A stretch of DNA of 64,000 nucleotides. It comes from Geosiphon pyriformis uo1 (lineage: Eukaryota; Fungi; Glomeromycota). The position numbers were made by a program, and so were the translations under genes. This document shows positions 35,700-50,500 of the stretch, one piece after another. The stretch lies in NCBI GenBank assembly GCA_016748015.1, contig JAAOMT010000591.1, forward strand, positions 915,050-979,049, read 5' to 3'. Numbering within the stretch: position 1 is the stretch's first letter; every line of letters begins with the position of its first letter. Below the pieces are notes generated by a model that was not told where the DNA came from, made no database searches, and was given only the letters and a program-made list of their open reading frames with translations.

Positions 35700-37500
35700 A
35701 AATTTTGTTAAATATTATAAAAAACTCAATATTTAATATAAAAGATTTTTTTAAACCAAAATTTCTAATCTTTTTGTTTTATAACTTGATCAATAACAAT
35801 TTTTGAAATTCATTAAACTTAGGAATTGGAAGCACCAATATATTGTTATTATTACTAATTTTATTAAAAAAAATTTATTCAGTGATTGTCTTAAAACATA
35901 TGTTTTAATGTGTATTTTTTTTGAAATGATATTATCTATTATATTATTAATCTTTAAAGTATTTGAGTCTATATAACTAATTTTTTTTGCAATTATGTTG
36001 TTTATATTTTTTATATCTAATATCTTATTAATATTAATCTTTTTACTATATACTTTGTTATCTTATGACTTTTTGTGATTATTATTGTTAGTATGCAAAT
36101 TACTAATAAAAAAAGAACTAATTAATAAATTTACTATATTATCAATAACTTTAGGCTTTTTCAGTTTTTTGTATAAGACACTACAAGAGTAAATACTCTT
36201 AACATGTTTTTTTAATGCCAATCTGAATTTTTAAACCAGTTAAATCAAAACCAGTTAAATCAAAACCAGAACTATCAATAAATAAATCTATTAGTTTTAT
36301 TACAATAAAAAGGAATATGTTAAAAGAAATAACTAAAAAAAAATAAAAATAAAAATAAAAAAAATTATCTCTTTGGTAACAAATTTTTTTTTAAAATATA
36401 GCTTTTTTAGAAATTTGTTTAAAATAAATTAATTTAAAAATTTTATAATAAAAATAAATACATAATATAGTTTTAATTAATCTAAATAATTAATTATATA
36501 TAATAAATATATAAGTTATATTTTATTAATACTTAATTTGTTGTATTGTTAAATAATAATAGAATCTTACTTATAAAATTAATAAAAAAATCATATAAAT
36601 TAAATTATTAAATAATAAATTAAATAATAATTAAATAATAAATTAAACATAATATTTTAATTTTATAGTATGATTTTTAAATTAATTATACATTATTTAT
36701 TTGTTAAAAATTTGTTTTTTAAACAAATTTACAATTATTATAAAGATTGTAATATATAATTTGACTTATTAAAAATAAATATAAACAAATAAAAGTTTGT
36801 TATTTATAATATTTTTTGCCATATTAATTATTGTCAATTAATTTAGTTAATTTAAATAATTTAATAAATTTTAATTTATTTAATAAATTTTTTATATATA
36901 TTTACTAATATTAAGTAAAAAAGTTTTATGTTGATTTTTTAAAATTATTTTTTACTTTGTTCAAATTATAAAATTAAATTAAATATTAAAATTATAATAA
37001 TAAATTGTTTTTTTGTTTTTATTATTAAAATATTTATTTTTATTTAATTATTTGCAAAAAATATTTATAAAGAAATAAATAAATCTTTTTAGTAATTTTA
37101 AAGTTAAAAATTATTATATTTTTAATAGTATTTTTAAGATAAATAAATTTATTATAAGTTATTATATATATAATTCATAATAAATACCAAAGGAAACTGT
37201 ATTTTATACAAAGTTTAAATATTGGCATTGGTAAGAAAAATAAATGAAAAAATAATAATAAGTTATATTAATTTACTTTAAAATCCAAAAACTACAGCAT
37301 TATTTAAAATATTTTAAAAAATGAATAATACAAGCAAATACAAATATTAAGTATACAAGCTTTACAAAAAAGAACCAATTAGCTTTTAAACTTTGTGATT
37401 TCAAAAATCATGCTAAAATCTAAAATCAACAATTAAAGTAAAAAAAAAAATGTAATTCAAGTCAATATTTTTCTATATAATTATCATTGGTTTTTTTTTA
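35700..37500. repeat. Extremely AT-rich low-complexity block, probably terminally decayed TE sequence
   Basis: Almost no CpG, no credible ORFs; adjacent to the LTR nest. Confidence 0.5.
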
Positions 37501-37686
37501 AATTCAATTTTTAATAAGCTATATCAAGTTGAAATTGACGTCAAATCTTGTTATAAAGCTTTAATTCTGAACCCACTTTTCGTCATCTAAATTATTGAAT
37601 CGAAATCTATTTTAAATCCCTTATTATTTCCCCTTAAAAGAATAATTTAAAGTTCCATTTTCAAGAAATTTAAGAAATAATTACTC

Positions 37687-39457
37687 TCATGGTTTAACAC
37701 CAATTTTAAATTCCATTCTCGAATAAATAATACTAAATAAAAACCCAGCAAAGAAAACAGTTGAAACTGCCAATGGTTTTCTTAAAAACTCATAATTGTC
37801 ATATCGGTAGGATATCTGAAAGAGTTCAACGTGTTCATCGACCACATTATTCTTTTCTAAAACCACCAAATAGCGTCCCGATGTATCAAGGTACGTTTTA
37901 TGAATACCATGACTTTCTCGATCGATGGTAAATGGTGTTTCAACCTTGACATCTCTGGTTCAAAAGAGAAGAATAGTCAGGAATAGATTTTACACATTAT
38001 AAATCAATAAAAAATTCAGTAAACATACTTTGCGCCTTCAGGCAAAACTACCCGGACTTCTACCTTCTCATATGTTGTCTGAGGAAAACCACTTATGAAA
38101 GGAACGTTTAAGATAAAGCGACCAGAATGATAGTGCACAAAATCATAGAGAGGAACATTATATCCATGGTTCCAGGTATAATTCCATCCACCGAATAACG
38201 GATAACGTGGTTTAAATTCCAAAACTGAATTATCACGATCATTTCTGAATTTAGATGTAGATACATTCCCGACTTCGTCCCGGTAATAAACATCAGAGGC
38301 ACGTGGGGGTAATAGGAGAGAAAGATCTCTTGCCATTGTTGTTTCTAAGTGCCCATAGACGCTAGACGTCTGGAATTCTAAGCGGGAAAACTGACCTTTG
38401 AGTCTTGAATCAGATAGAAATTTTGTCAACTTCAATAAATTTCAATGAGAATTTCAGAATGTTATGAGAAAACTACTTTGCTCCATCATGTTTCAAATTA
38501 AAGTGTTCTTCAATAGCCAGATTTCCTCCCCAATGACTGACTTCCAAATCACGACGAAGATTGGTGACTGTCAGAATCGCTTTTTGAAAACCATAGTGCA
38601 CTTCAAGTTTTTCAAATGAGTTAGGGGCAAGGTTGTAAAAGAATCCATATGTGATCACTTTCCCATTGCGAAGGACCTTATCTCCTTGTGAATAGCTCAT
38701 CAAAGTGCTGTATGCAAGTCTAAAAAAAGTGACAAGATAGATAAGTGGGTGAGAAGGCACGTATACGCGAGCAACTATCGATTCCAAGCTCAAGTACCCA
38801 CGGCTCTTTCAAAATATGTAAGAGAATATCACTCACTTGACATTGGTTTTTTGTTTTTCACTAAAATAAGCGTTATTACTATATTGATTTCCAGAATAAA
38901 ATAGATACTGGCGTCCGGTTTGAGTAATCTCATGGGGTATTGGTTTCAAAATATGGGTAAAAGCAGTCTTGATGACAAAAGTTATTTTTTCTTGGGGATC
39001 TATACGGCGATTGAATATAATTTTGTAAAATTGGATTTTGCTGAATGTATTGAACAAAAATTTTAGTGGGAAATATAGCGAGTCGGGCGCGACGTTAGTA
39101 CAATGAACAAATTATTACTCACTTTAAAGAATCGAATTCAGCTTTTTCTACATCGAACACGCGATCAGTTTTCCTTTCTTTAGCTTCGATCCAAGCCAAA
39201 TGCTCATTGAAAAGTTCTTCAATAGGTAAATAATACTCTCCAAAAGACTCATCGGCCACATTTAGTGCCACAATTGCTGTGGTTTCCCTCACGATGGATG
39301 AGGTTAGGTCAAGGGTCCGCAAAATATTAACATTTCGCCAATGTTGGGGTGGGTTGAAAGGTATTTTACTCACATCAGTAGAAATGGCTTCAGTAAGTTT
39401 CAAAAGGACCAAAAGAATACTAACACACCATGAAAATTTTTTTAAAGATCGTGGCAT
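37687..39457 (-). CDS. OST1: Oligosaccharyltransferase alpha subunit (ribophorin I), multi-exon
   Basis: Signal peptide; RDLEVSHWGGNLAIEEHF; FSRLEFQ; YYRDEVGNVSTS; PRYPLFGGWNY; C-terminal TM after KPL. Confidence 0.95.
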
Positions 39458-39619
39458 CTTTTGAGAAACAATTTATGAATTCTTTTTGGCTTGAGATTTC
39501 AAGAATAGATTTTTAAACGAGGTAATGTATTATTGGTGGTTACAACAGATATGGTGATGATTTGCAACTAAAATGTTGTTAATCTCTACAGACTGAAATT
39601 ACTTGAATTATAGGCAATC

Positions 39620-40810
39620 ATGCGTCTCCGTGGTCTTGGACATGTAGCTTTAGAGAGGAAGGAAAAGGCTAAAGTATGATTTCTGAACTTGCGGTACAAA
39701 ACAGCATAAACTTATAATCTAATTGTTTGTTATACGATAAAAAGAATCAATATACTGAGCATGGAAATGCTCTCGTCAAATCCCAAACTGAACAGGTAAG
39801 TGCCGAATAATTTGTGAATTAATATTCAAGAACAAGAAAGCATTCTTATTTTTTTTTCTTAATAACTTTTTAGTTCAACAGTCAACGCGAAATTTTCAAG
39901 ACCAACCTTCAAGAGTTTGCTCGTAAATATCGTAAAGATATTCGTAAAGATCCTCAATTCCGAATGCATTTCCAGAAGATGTGTAGTAATATCAATGTTG
40001 ATCCGTTGGCATGTACGCATTCCTCAAATGTCAAATAAAATATTAAAAGACATGAATAACAGGGATTTTTTATTTCAAAATTTAGCAAACAAAGGATTTT
40101 GGGCGGAACTTTTAGGTGTTGGTGATTTTTATTATGAGCTAGGGGTTCAAATAATTGACGTTTGTTTATCAACTAGGGTAGGTAATGGGGGACTTTTGGA
40201 ATTAGACGAATTAAAAAGGAGGCTCGAAAAAATGCGTAACGCTGGGGGCACCTCAGTAACGGTACAAGAAATTAGCAAGTCAGTACAAGAATCTCTGAAT
40301 TTTGAAAATTTCCTGAATTTATATAATTAAATTTATAATATAGAGATGATATCATTCGTTCTATTAAAACGCTAAAGCCGTTAGGCAATGGTTTTGAAAT
40401 TCTTCAAATTGGAGAGAGAAAGATGGTTAGATCGGTACCTCGGGAACTAAATAAAGATCAATCAACGTTATTGACACTAGCTCAGGTAAAAAAGAAAATG
40501 GATTATTGAAACTTTGTAACTTCTGTCTCTAATGGTATAAAATTTTGGATTTATACTAGGAAAAAGGATATATAACAAAAGATTTTGTTGAAGAGTCACT
40601 AAATGGATGGTCAACCGAGCGTATCAATGACGCTGTTGTGAGTTGTTTCTTTTCATTTTTCTTTCATGTTCCTATATGCTCACTCGCATTAACTTATAAT
40701 AGGACAATTTGCTCGCTGATGGTTTATGTTGGATTGACACACAATCAAACCCACATGAATATTGGATCTACTGTTTCTTTGAAGGAATGGATGATGAAAA
40801 TGACGCTTAG
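39620..40810 (+). CDS. SNF8: ESCRT-II subunit Vps22/Snf8 (multi-exon)
   Basis: [77 protein letters not shown]. Confidence 0.93.
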
Positions 40811-41281
40811 CTCAAAAGCCTTATACACAATCGATGCCTTTTCGATTAATATTAAAAATAAAATTATGGAAATATTTTGGTGTTTTGGTGTTTGTTGTAA
40901 AAACATTAATGACAACACGTGGCTAAGATTTTGAATAAAAACTACTTTGTACTTTTATATTTCAAATGATTATTAATTAATTTAACATAGCTTATTTATT
41001 GTTAAAATTGAAAATAATGATTGTCAATATAATAATTATATAGTAATTAAATATCATATTTAAAATTATTGATATCATAATTTCTATAAGAAATCAGTCA
41101 CACTGATAGCCAATTATATTCAATGGTTTAATCAGATCTATTTTATTATATATATAAGCTATTAACTCAAATCTCGACAGGATTTCAATCAATAAACTAC
41201 CAATCTACCCATTAGTAAAAGTAGCTTTACGCTTTGCTGCTTGATAGTCGGCGAAACCATACAAACTTTGAAATTGAGAAA

Positions 41282-42084
41282 ATGCAGGCATGGATCGCAT
41301 CTCTCCAAATCATAAAATCTTTTAAACTTCTGCCTCTATTATTAATTCTTTTTTTGGTTACTGGATAGGTTCTTCAAGAGCATAATGCTTTACTTTGTAA
41401 CCATGAGGTTCTCGCTCTTCTGGAAGGCCTCAAAGAAAAACAACGTCAAGAACGCAGCCAAAATCCGAAAGCTCAATTCCCCGAAAACCTTCAGACTGTT
41501 TCACATGAGGTTTTTGAATCATAAATTCATATCATTGTGAATGAAATATTTTTATTTACGCACTTTGAACTCGGAACTTTTGGTCTTAACAGCATTGACT
41601 CATTTATAATCTAAATTACTCTCGTTATATGAATTTATTTTCAGGTCATTAGTTTTTTGAAATCAGAAAAATCACCTGCTAGCTCGCAAACTCCTGAACA
41701 AATCCAGTCACTTCTTGAAGCTCTGAAAAAGTACTCGTTAACAAAAGCCGAAAAATTACAAATTATAAATTTGCGACCTAAGGGAAGAGTTGAATTACAC
41801 TATGTTTGTATCGCCACACGGGGCTTTAATTGAAATTTCAATAATGTGGAAATTAATTCTTTTTATTGCTTTGTATTAATTTCCTTTTTTAAAAGATTAT
41901 TGAGGAAGCAGAGGATCGTGGCTTGATGGAGAAACTAGACGACATTCTTCATTTAGTCGCAACACATTTACCACGAGATGATGATATGATGGATTCTTCA
42001 TTGGAAACAGCAGCGCAACCAGTTCATAATTATAATACTAACGAACAGGATCATTTTATTAGTACTAACAGCCAAATAAGCTAA
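41282..42084 (+). CDS. RPC17: RNA polymerase III subunit C17/RPC9 (RPB4 family), four short exons, missed by ORF track
   Basis: MQ|VLQEHNALLCNHEVLALL..NLQTVSHE|VISFL..LTKAEKLQIINLRP..ELHY|IIEEAEDR. Confidence 0.85.
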
Positions 42085-44014
42085 ATTGTTTTTGAACAGA
42101 CAAAAATGATTGGGGAAGTATTCTGTTCGAATAAAGGCCAAGGGTAAATTTAATTATCGTGCAATTATCCGAAAATTTGTAACATGTATCATGACTATCC
42201 AGTCATTCGTAATTTTTTTCGGATATATTCACGATAATCTAAATTCACTAAATGATAATTAATCATTTTTTTCTGTCAGAAGATACCCCGAAGAAAGGTC
42301 ACACGAATAATCAAGATGAAAGTTTCGGTTCGCGCTAAGACCATAGTTTCTGGTGGATCCTATAAAGGGTATGTTGTTTTGATGTTCATCCAACATACTG
42401 CTCACGTTGCTTATTGCAGATTACTGGAAGATGCCATATCACCAATAGGATAATACCAAAAGTGGGACTATTACATCAAGAGAACCAATCTAAAACGCTT
42501 CATAGAGTGATTCGCACTCGTGACTGGTATTCGAGCTAGATATTCTTTTTCGACGTCTCCCAGAAAACATGAAACCTAGTAATAAAGTCGATGTAATCAG
42601 AATGAAACTGAAGATTGGTATTTCGGCTCTTTTCTAGGTATGAGTGCGGAAAAGTTTTCGCTGCTGATTTCAAGGGAAGACGAGTATCCGGGTCTTTAGC
42701 TACTGGATATGTATTATATTGCTTAAAACAAAGACACACTTCAGGATCTTATAGTTGACAGTCTCCTACAGAAGCTAATATCACGCAATACGATTTTTCG
42801 AATTGAAGCCATGTTTACTGTGATTAGCTTAAGTTGAATCTTGAAAAATTATTATTTTAATAAAAAAAAACTTTGTTAAAATTATATCAAAAAGTTATAT
42901 TGAATAATAATAATTTATAATTGTGTTTGTTGCATATGTTCACAATATGTTATAATAAAATATATGTATTTTTTCATAATTATATTTTTTGTTTAATAAT
43001 TACACATTTGGTTAATTTATTGGTATTATTAGCAATTAAGTTTTGAAACTAAAAACAATATTATTTATTATTTAAAAATAATTTGTTAAAATTAAATATT
43101 AAAAATTAATTACAATTAATTATATAATTAAAAATAATTGTAAATAGTTTTATTTACTAAATTAGTTTAAAAATTATTATAAAATTATTTCTAATTCTTC
43201 TTATTAACTTACTATTAATTAATATTTTACAAATTACATTAATTATTCAATTATTATCAATACAACATTTTAGATTTTTATATTATAATTTAGATTAATT
43301 TATTACTAAATATTAGAATTGAATTATTATTATTATTATTATTGAAGTATTTTACAATATGTTGTTAAAAGAATTCTTAGTGTGTATTACTAGTAAAGTT
43401 TTTAGTTTTTTTTTCTTGGTTTAAATAAAATGTTATTTTGCTGCTAGGGAATAACCAATTCTTGTTGGAAAATAATTTAATATTCAATAATTTAATTCTG
43501 GACGAGTATACCATATTTGATGTCAAATGCATAGCATAGAAAATATGGCCTCTTCTAGTAATTTGCAGCAAACAAACGTGAGTGGTATGTTGGTGAACAT
43601 AGCAACAACAACAACACACCCTTTTAAGGGAGAACCGCCAGAAAAAGAATTTAGATTACTGTGAATATATCCGAACAAAATTACTGATCCTGCTGCATGT
43701 GAATAACTACACCATAATTAAATTTACTCCTTGTGAGGATGATAATTCAATAAGGGATTATAAAATAAAATAAAATAAAATAAAATAAAATTGAATGTTT
43801 ATTTATTGTTTTTTCATTTCAAACTATTCGAATTCTTCTGTATTTTTCCTTTGCATTTACAGGAAGAACCTAATTTTTCATCTTAAATAACCTGACTTTG
43901 AATTAATTTAAGTTATCGCTACCCACGTGATTCAATACACTACAAAGCTTTATGCCTGGGTAAATTAGAATCTAATCTTACAGGTTTCTCTTTTGCCCGA
44001 GTTTTTTGTTCCAT

Positions 44015-46451
44015 ATGGATAAAAATACCCTATCCCACTCCCATCAGAGCCGCGAAAAGTTGAGGCCTTTTGTACACTACCACTGCGCGTGTCCAGACGT
44101 TTATGCCTCTGATCTTGATTATTCCCCATCTCCTAACGATCCTCCTTCAGTAAATTCTCCTCGAATTCAACATTCCACTTTCTCTATAACCAAACTCTAT
44201 TTTTGTGAAGATTGTCACCAAATACGTTGTCCACGTTGTGTTCAAGAAGAAATTGTTTGCTATTACTGCCCGAATTGTTTGTTTGAAGTGCCCACTGCAA
44301 GTGTAAAGAGTGAACGAAATAGGTTGGATGTTGATGTAATAATTTCTACCGTTTTTTTTCCAAATTCATTTATTAATTTTTGCTTTTCTTGTTATAGGTG
44401 TGCTCGTAACTGTTTCCAATGTCCTATTTGTCAAAACACTTTATCGGTTGTGGCTAGCACTGAACCTCCATTAGCCTCACCCGTCACTTCAACCCCCCAA
44501 CCAGTCGTTGCACAGACCGGTGGGGCACCTTTTTATTTGTTTTGCAGTGTCTGCCGTTGGGATTCGCAAGAAATTGGAATGACCTTTGAGAAAGCAACTG
44601 GTCTCGCGCGTAAGCGAATCTCCATTAAATGACTTGATTTACATTCGATCTCTTGCATATTCTCACAATAGTAATTAAATATAGTGCAGCTTCAAAAAAC
44701 CGAGGACGATCGAGCTGACGTTAAAGAATTTGATCATCTTAAAGAACATTTTGAGAAACATTTGCGTATGAATGCACCTTCAACTACTCTGCCTACCCAA
44801 TTGCTCTCTATTCCGGGTATGAGCAGTTTTAGCAGTCGATATGGGGGCACTGGACTAGCTCACGCCCAACAAAAGTCTGACGATGTTAATCCTTACGACG
44901 CTGTTGTCAATGTCAAAGATGATGAAAAATTATTGGATGACTTAATTCATTTGGATAATGTCAACCTTAGTACGTACATCTATTTGGTCTCATGAAAGAT
45001 TTCAATCTAAATTAACATACAATATAAGTAAATTATCTCCATGTTGGGTTTATTCAAGTTTCTACATTTTCTCAGAGAACAAATCAGCTCAGTGATCAGC
45101 CTTATAGAGTTGAGTGAGTATAATAGACCCCAGTTTATTTATAATATTTGTCCTGATTCTTTCTAATTTTTCAAGTTAATTTAAAATTTAACTGTTGGTT
45201 TTATAATCGCCTCTCTAATAATATTTCTAATAGGAAGCTTCAACCCCAACGAATTCATCTAAGGACGAAACGCGTCAAACGATGTCGATCATGTCGCCAT
45301 ATTCTTATAAAACCTGAGCAAAAAGCTCAAGCAACCAAATTCAAAATTAAGCTTGTAGCCTTGTAAGAACTTTTTAAAGCAGTGTTGCGTCATCGATTTT
45401 TAGCTCATTGAAATCATTTCGGCTGTACAACTTTAGGAATTATATACCAAAAATTACTGTCGCAAAGTTACCACCATTAATACTACAGCAAACAGTACAA
45501 GTTGTTTTGAAGTTCTCAAATCCTCATCTCGACGACATTATTGTGTCCCTCTCTGCCAAAGAGGAAATTGAAGACTATGGAAAGGTGACAGATATTATTA
45601 TAGTTAACTTAATTAGTTCTCCTTTGACTCATGTTTGATTTGCGTATAGGTCAAATTACTTGCCACCAATTTCAATATAGGCCCATATAATGAATTATTG
45701 GAATATGATGATGAGGAATTTAGCACCGAGAAACTCACTTCAAGATCACGGCCAGCATCAAGAGCATCTTTTGTCAGCAAGCCTGACCCTGGTATTGTAG
45801 AGAAAAAAGGAAATTATACAAGCGTAATTGTAGAAATCACACCATTGAAGGAGACAGATGAATTTAAGGTGAATCTATTGAGGATTTGAAGTTGCTGATT
45901 CTTAATCGTTTTGAATCAATTGCTAAAACTTTTGGTTTCCTGACTTTTAGTTCCCCCTTCTAGTAACACATACTAGAAAGGTACTAGATACTGATAATGT
46001 TGAAACTAGCGAGCCTCAACCTCGGATTGTCTCAAATGCAGAATCAACTGTGGATAAAATTACAAAAAATGATGATGATATTAACAATTTCGAAACCTCA
46101 ACGATTGGCATCAATCCAGCACTTGCTGAATCCGAACCTCCGTTTAAAAGGCTTCATTTTTGGACAGTTATTGGCCTTGGAACTGTTTTGAAAGAGCCCT
46201 TAACACCAACGCCTGTTTCGAATAAATCTTCCCAGTTAACTGTAGTTTCAGATAAGTCTTCGACGACTGATAAACCGATCTCGTCTACGGCAAAACCCAC
46301 CTCATCTAGGACCGCATCTTCTATAAAAAGTGCTTCATCCTCAAAAGTTAGCACATCTTCCTCAAATAATAAATCTGGCGGCGCTACTCCCTCTCTACAA
46401 ACTGCAAAGCCTCTCAAAAAATCCACTACAGTTCATAATAAAAATCTATAG
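44015..46451 (+). CDS. DCTN4: Dynactin subunit p62 (multi-exon)
   Basis: LYFCEDCHQIRCPRCVQEEIVCYYCPNCLFEVP; RCARNCFQCPIC; LRTKRVKRCRSCRHILIKPE. Confidence 0.93.
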
Positions 46452-47059
46452 TATTTCATTGAGAATGGTCGAAATCGTCATCACACAAATTTATTTACTC
46501 TAATAATGTAAAAAAAGGGTTGTCCAGCATATTAGAAAATAGTTCCAGAACTTTGAACCTTGGAAAACTGTTAACCAAACCCCGATATGAAAATCAACGT
46601 TGGGTGACTTCGAAAATTGCATTATTTTGAAATTCAATAGGGTCCCTGAGGTAAGCAATTTAAGTGCCTTCTCATATATTATTTAATCTTCATATAAATC
46701 TATATTATGGCGCAAATTTAACGTTGCTACATAGGTTAGGTTTTTTCTGAACATGGGTAAAGCCTTATTCATTGAGAGAAAATTAGGTATGAGGAACAAT
46801 AAATTTTTGGTAATAAAATAATTACAAAAGCATATAGCTTATTTTTGTCAGATTTCTTCGAAGTACGAGAAAAACCATAAAGATTTCCACCCTGCAGGCT
46901 TTCAAATAGAGTTTGATGATAAATAAATAAGCACTAATATTTAATACATGTCAACTTTTGTTGTAAGGATGATCGTTACGTATGTATACGCGTGTCATCT
47001 TGTTAGGCTTATAACTAGATCCATAATAAATAATGTGTCTTTAGACCCGAGTCTTTACA

Positions 47060-47383
47060 ATGGCAACTCCAGAATCAACCACATTGATCGCACTCTCTGC
47101 CAAATATACACGCCAAGGAACCTCAATCAAAAGTTTTGAATATCCTCTTCCTACTCCTAGCACCGTTAGCAACACTACTATATCACCGATAGCAACAACG
47201 ACAAAAGAAATTCAACTCAAGTCAAAGAACTCTTTGAAGGCACTCACAAATGCCTTAATAGTACTACAAAAGGATCTCAATGAGTATTTAACTGCTGAAA
47301 TGGAAGCTAGCGGTATAGAAGAAAGTGAAGTTTTTGAAGAAGAGGAAAAGGAAGAAGAGGATTTCCAATTCAAGTCGGATTAA
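47060..47383 (+). CDS. GON7: EKC/KEOPS complex subunit Gon7-like
   Basis: 107 aa, intronless. LSAKYT..KSF at the N-terminus, LxxLxxxLxxLQKDLNEYLTAEME helix and acidic tail match the fungal Gon7 pattern. Confidence 0.65.
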   Translation: MATPESTTLIALSAKYTRQGTSIKSFEYPLPTPSTVSNTTISPIATTTKEIQLKSKNSLKALTNALIVLQKDLNEYLTAEMEASGIEESEVFEEEEKEEEDFQFKSD

Positions 47384-47442
47384 CAGAATGAATCCAATCG
47401 CGATCAGTTTTGGAGATACAAATTAATCTATTGAAATGATTT

Positions 47443-47530
47443 CGGGTGTGTGGTCATGTGTAAAAAGCACATGATCTACACCTATGCTATTTTTACAATG
47501 TTATTTACTAATATAATAATATACATAATA
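47443..47530 (+). mobile_element. Tiny 3'-end remnant of a related LINE (stem-loop + AT tail)
   Basis: GGTCATGTGTAAAAAGCACATGATCTACACCTA aligns with the LINE 3' UTR motif at 3717-3749 and 5880-5912. Confidence 0.65.
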
Positions 47531-50500
47531 AACATGGCATATACTTTCTTATATGTAATTAACTACTTAAATCAATTAAATAACACTATATAATATTAAA
47601 AAAAATTTTAAACAAAAATGTAAAAAACAGTATTAGCTTTTTAAATTTTAAAAACTTAATTAATAATAATTAATAATTATAATTTAAATATTTCTGAAAA
47701 AGTGTAATTCAATTACTATTTAATACAATATAATTGAAAAATACTTTAATTTAATATATAATTTATATGTTTTTTAATATAATTAATTACTTAAACCAAT
47801 TAAGATTGAATTTACCAAAAAAAATTTATTTAAAAATACTATTTTTTGCATAATTACAACCAAATTATTATTAAGAACAAAATTAGTTAATTATATTTTT
47901 TTTATGTTTTATGAATGCAGCCCAGTTATTATTTAGTATATAAATTATATAATAATTTTATTTGCATTAAATTTAATAATAAAAATTTACAGTTTTTAAA
48001 ATTTTATTATTTTAACAAAATATTTTATATTAAATATATTATTATTTATATTTATTTTAAGAATTATAATTTTTTACTTAAATTATTAATAATTTTATTA
48101 AAAATACCAATATTTTTTTTAATTATAAATATATATTTTTATTTTAATATTAAAAAAAAACTACATATTAATTTAATAATTAAAACAATCAAAATATTAA
48201 TAACTTAATTAACAAAATAAGTTTAATTAAAATAAATTTTAAAAAAGCCAATTTAAAATTAATTATATAAATAAAATAATTTATAAAAATTTTAAAATCA
48301 ATTACAAATTTATTAATTTTAAAAAAAACATTATATAATTTAAAATTTAAACTTTAAAATTAAAAACAATATTAACAATTAAAAATTTTCTATTAAATAT
48401 AATTTTTTTTAAAATAATAATTTTAATAATTATAGTATTTAAGTTTTTATAAAAACTAAAAATAATAATAATATATTTTAACTATTAAGCAAAATTAAAG
48501 AATAAAAAAAAATATTTATATATTTAAAAAACCAGTTTATTATTTTTAAAAACAATATAATTAAATAAAAAATTTACCAATTTAATTTTAAATAGTATTT
48601 TTAAAAAACAAAAAAAAATAATAATTTAGTTTTTATTTAATTAACTTAATTTTTAAGATTAATTAATTTATTTTGATAAAATATTATGATTTTTAATATT
48701 TGTTTTATGTAATATTAATCTTTAAAATTTTTGTTGTATTTAAAGATTTTAATAATTTATTTATGTAAAGTTTTTTTTTATAAAAATAAAAATATTAAAT
48801 TTTAATATAAGTTATTATTAATAGTTTTTTAATTGTGTTATGTAAATTATTTTTGACTATAATCAATAATTAATAAAATCAATTATTTTTTTTTTTTGTT
48901 TTTTTAATAAACTATAATTTATTATAAAATTAATTTTTTAAAATTTTTTTTTTATTAAACTATTATAATATCAATTTATTTTGTTATAATATTTAAATTA
49001 TTAAGTTGTTTTTATATTATTTTAACTATTCTTAAATTATTTACAAATTTTTTTAAAAAAATATTTTATTAATTATTATAATTAAAAATAATTGGTTCAA
49101 ATTATTAAGTTTTTAAAAATATTATGCTATCTATACTTGGCTTAAAATAAAGAAAGCAAATAAAATTTTAATAATAAAAACAAGAAGTTTAACTTATAAA
49201 TTTTAAAGTTTTTAAAAATAATTTATAGTAAAATTATAAAATTAATTTCATTATAAAAAATTTTTTTAAATTAAAATTATTTATATATATACATATTTTT
49301 TGTTTTATAAAAATAAATTCTAAACTTTTATTACTTTTACTATTTTTTATATTTTGTTATTATTAATTATAAATTGTTATTTTTGCTATTTTATACTATT
49401 TAATATATTATTAATTATTTTATAATATTTTTTATTATTATATATTATTTTATATTACTATGTATTATTATTTGTTAATTATATTTTTTTTTATAATTAA
49501 ATTAGTTTATTATTTAAATAATATTGTATATAAAAATATAACTTATTTAACTTTTAAAATTATAAAAAATTAACCAGAATTTAACATATTAAACAACTTA
49601 ATTATATATTAATTAAAGCCAATTTTAATAAACTTATTATTATTAATATTTAAATAAATTTTTTTTTGTTTATAATTAAATTCAAATTAAATATTATATT
49701 TATTATAACTATTATAAAATTATTGTAAATATTAAAAAATTAAATAAAACTAATATTTTATTTTTTATATATTTTAAAAAAATGTTTTTTTAGCTTTTTT
49801 GGTTATTTAAGCAGATATATAAAAAATAGCGAAAAATAAGTTTATTATTATTTTGTTATTAAAAACTTTAAAATTTTTTATAAATAATTAAAATTAATTT
49901 TAGTTAATTATTTAAAAAAATTTTTAAATATAAAAAACTTTTATTTAAAGCCAAAAATAGTGTTTTAATAATAGATAAAAATTATTTTTTAAAACCAAAA
50001 AAAATAATTAAACAATTAAAAAAAAAAAATTTATTTTTAAGTATTTTATTTAAATTATATACATTTTTGCTTTTAATTACAGTTTAAATTATGCAATATA
50101 CCAAAAAAATACTTTAATTACACAGCAAATATGTTTTAAACTTAATAAAAAACAATTATAAATACATAATGCTTATTTTGAACCAAATAATCAATATAAA
50201 TTAATAGTATTTTCATTAATTATTTTTATAAAAATTATAAAAAAATGCATTAAATTTTATTAAAAAGTGAAAAATGACTATTAAAAAAACTTTTGATTGA
50301 ATTCAAAAAATGCAAAAACAATAACAATAACACTTTTTGTTGTATATATTAAGCAATTTTTTTAGAGCCAGATTTTTTTACACAAAAAAGTACAATTGCA
50401 GAAGTAATTGAAAAAGCAAAATATAAATATATTTTTTATTTTAAATTTCATTGAGAAATATTGAAAGCAGCCAAATATTATGTTAAAGAAAATTGTGATT

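Noticed and set aside
47915-48208. 97-aa I/K/N/F/Y-rich ORF, and similar ORFs at 29146, 29514, 32837 and 34961
   Set aside because: Compositional artefacts of AT-rich decayed TE sequence.
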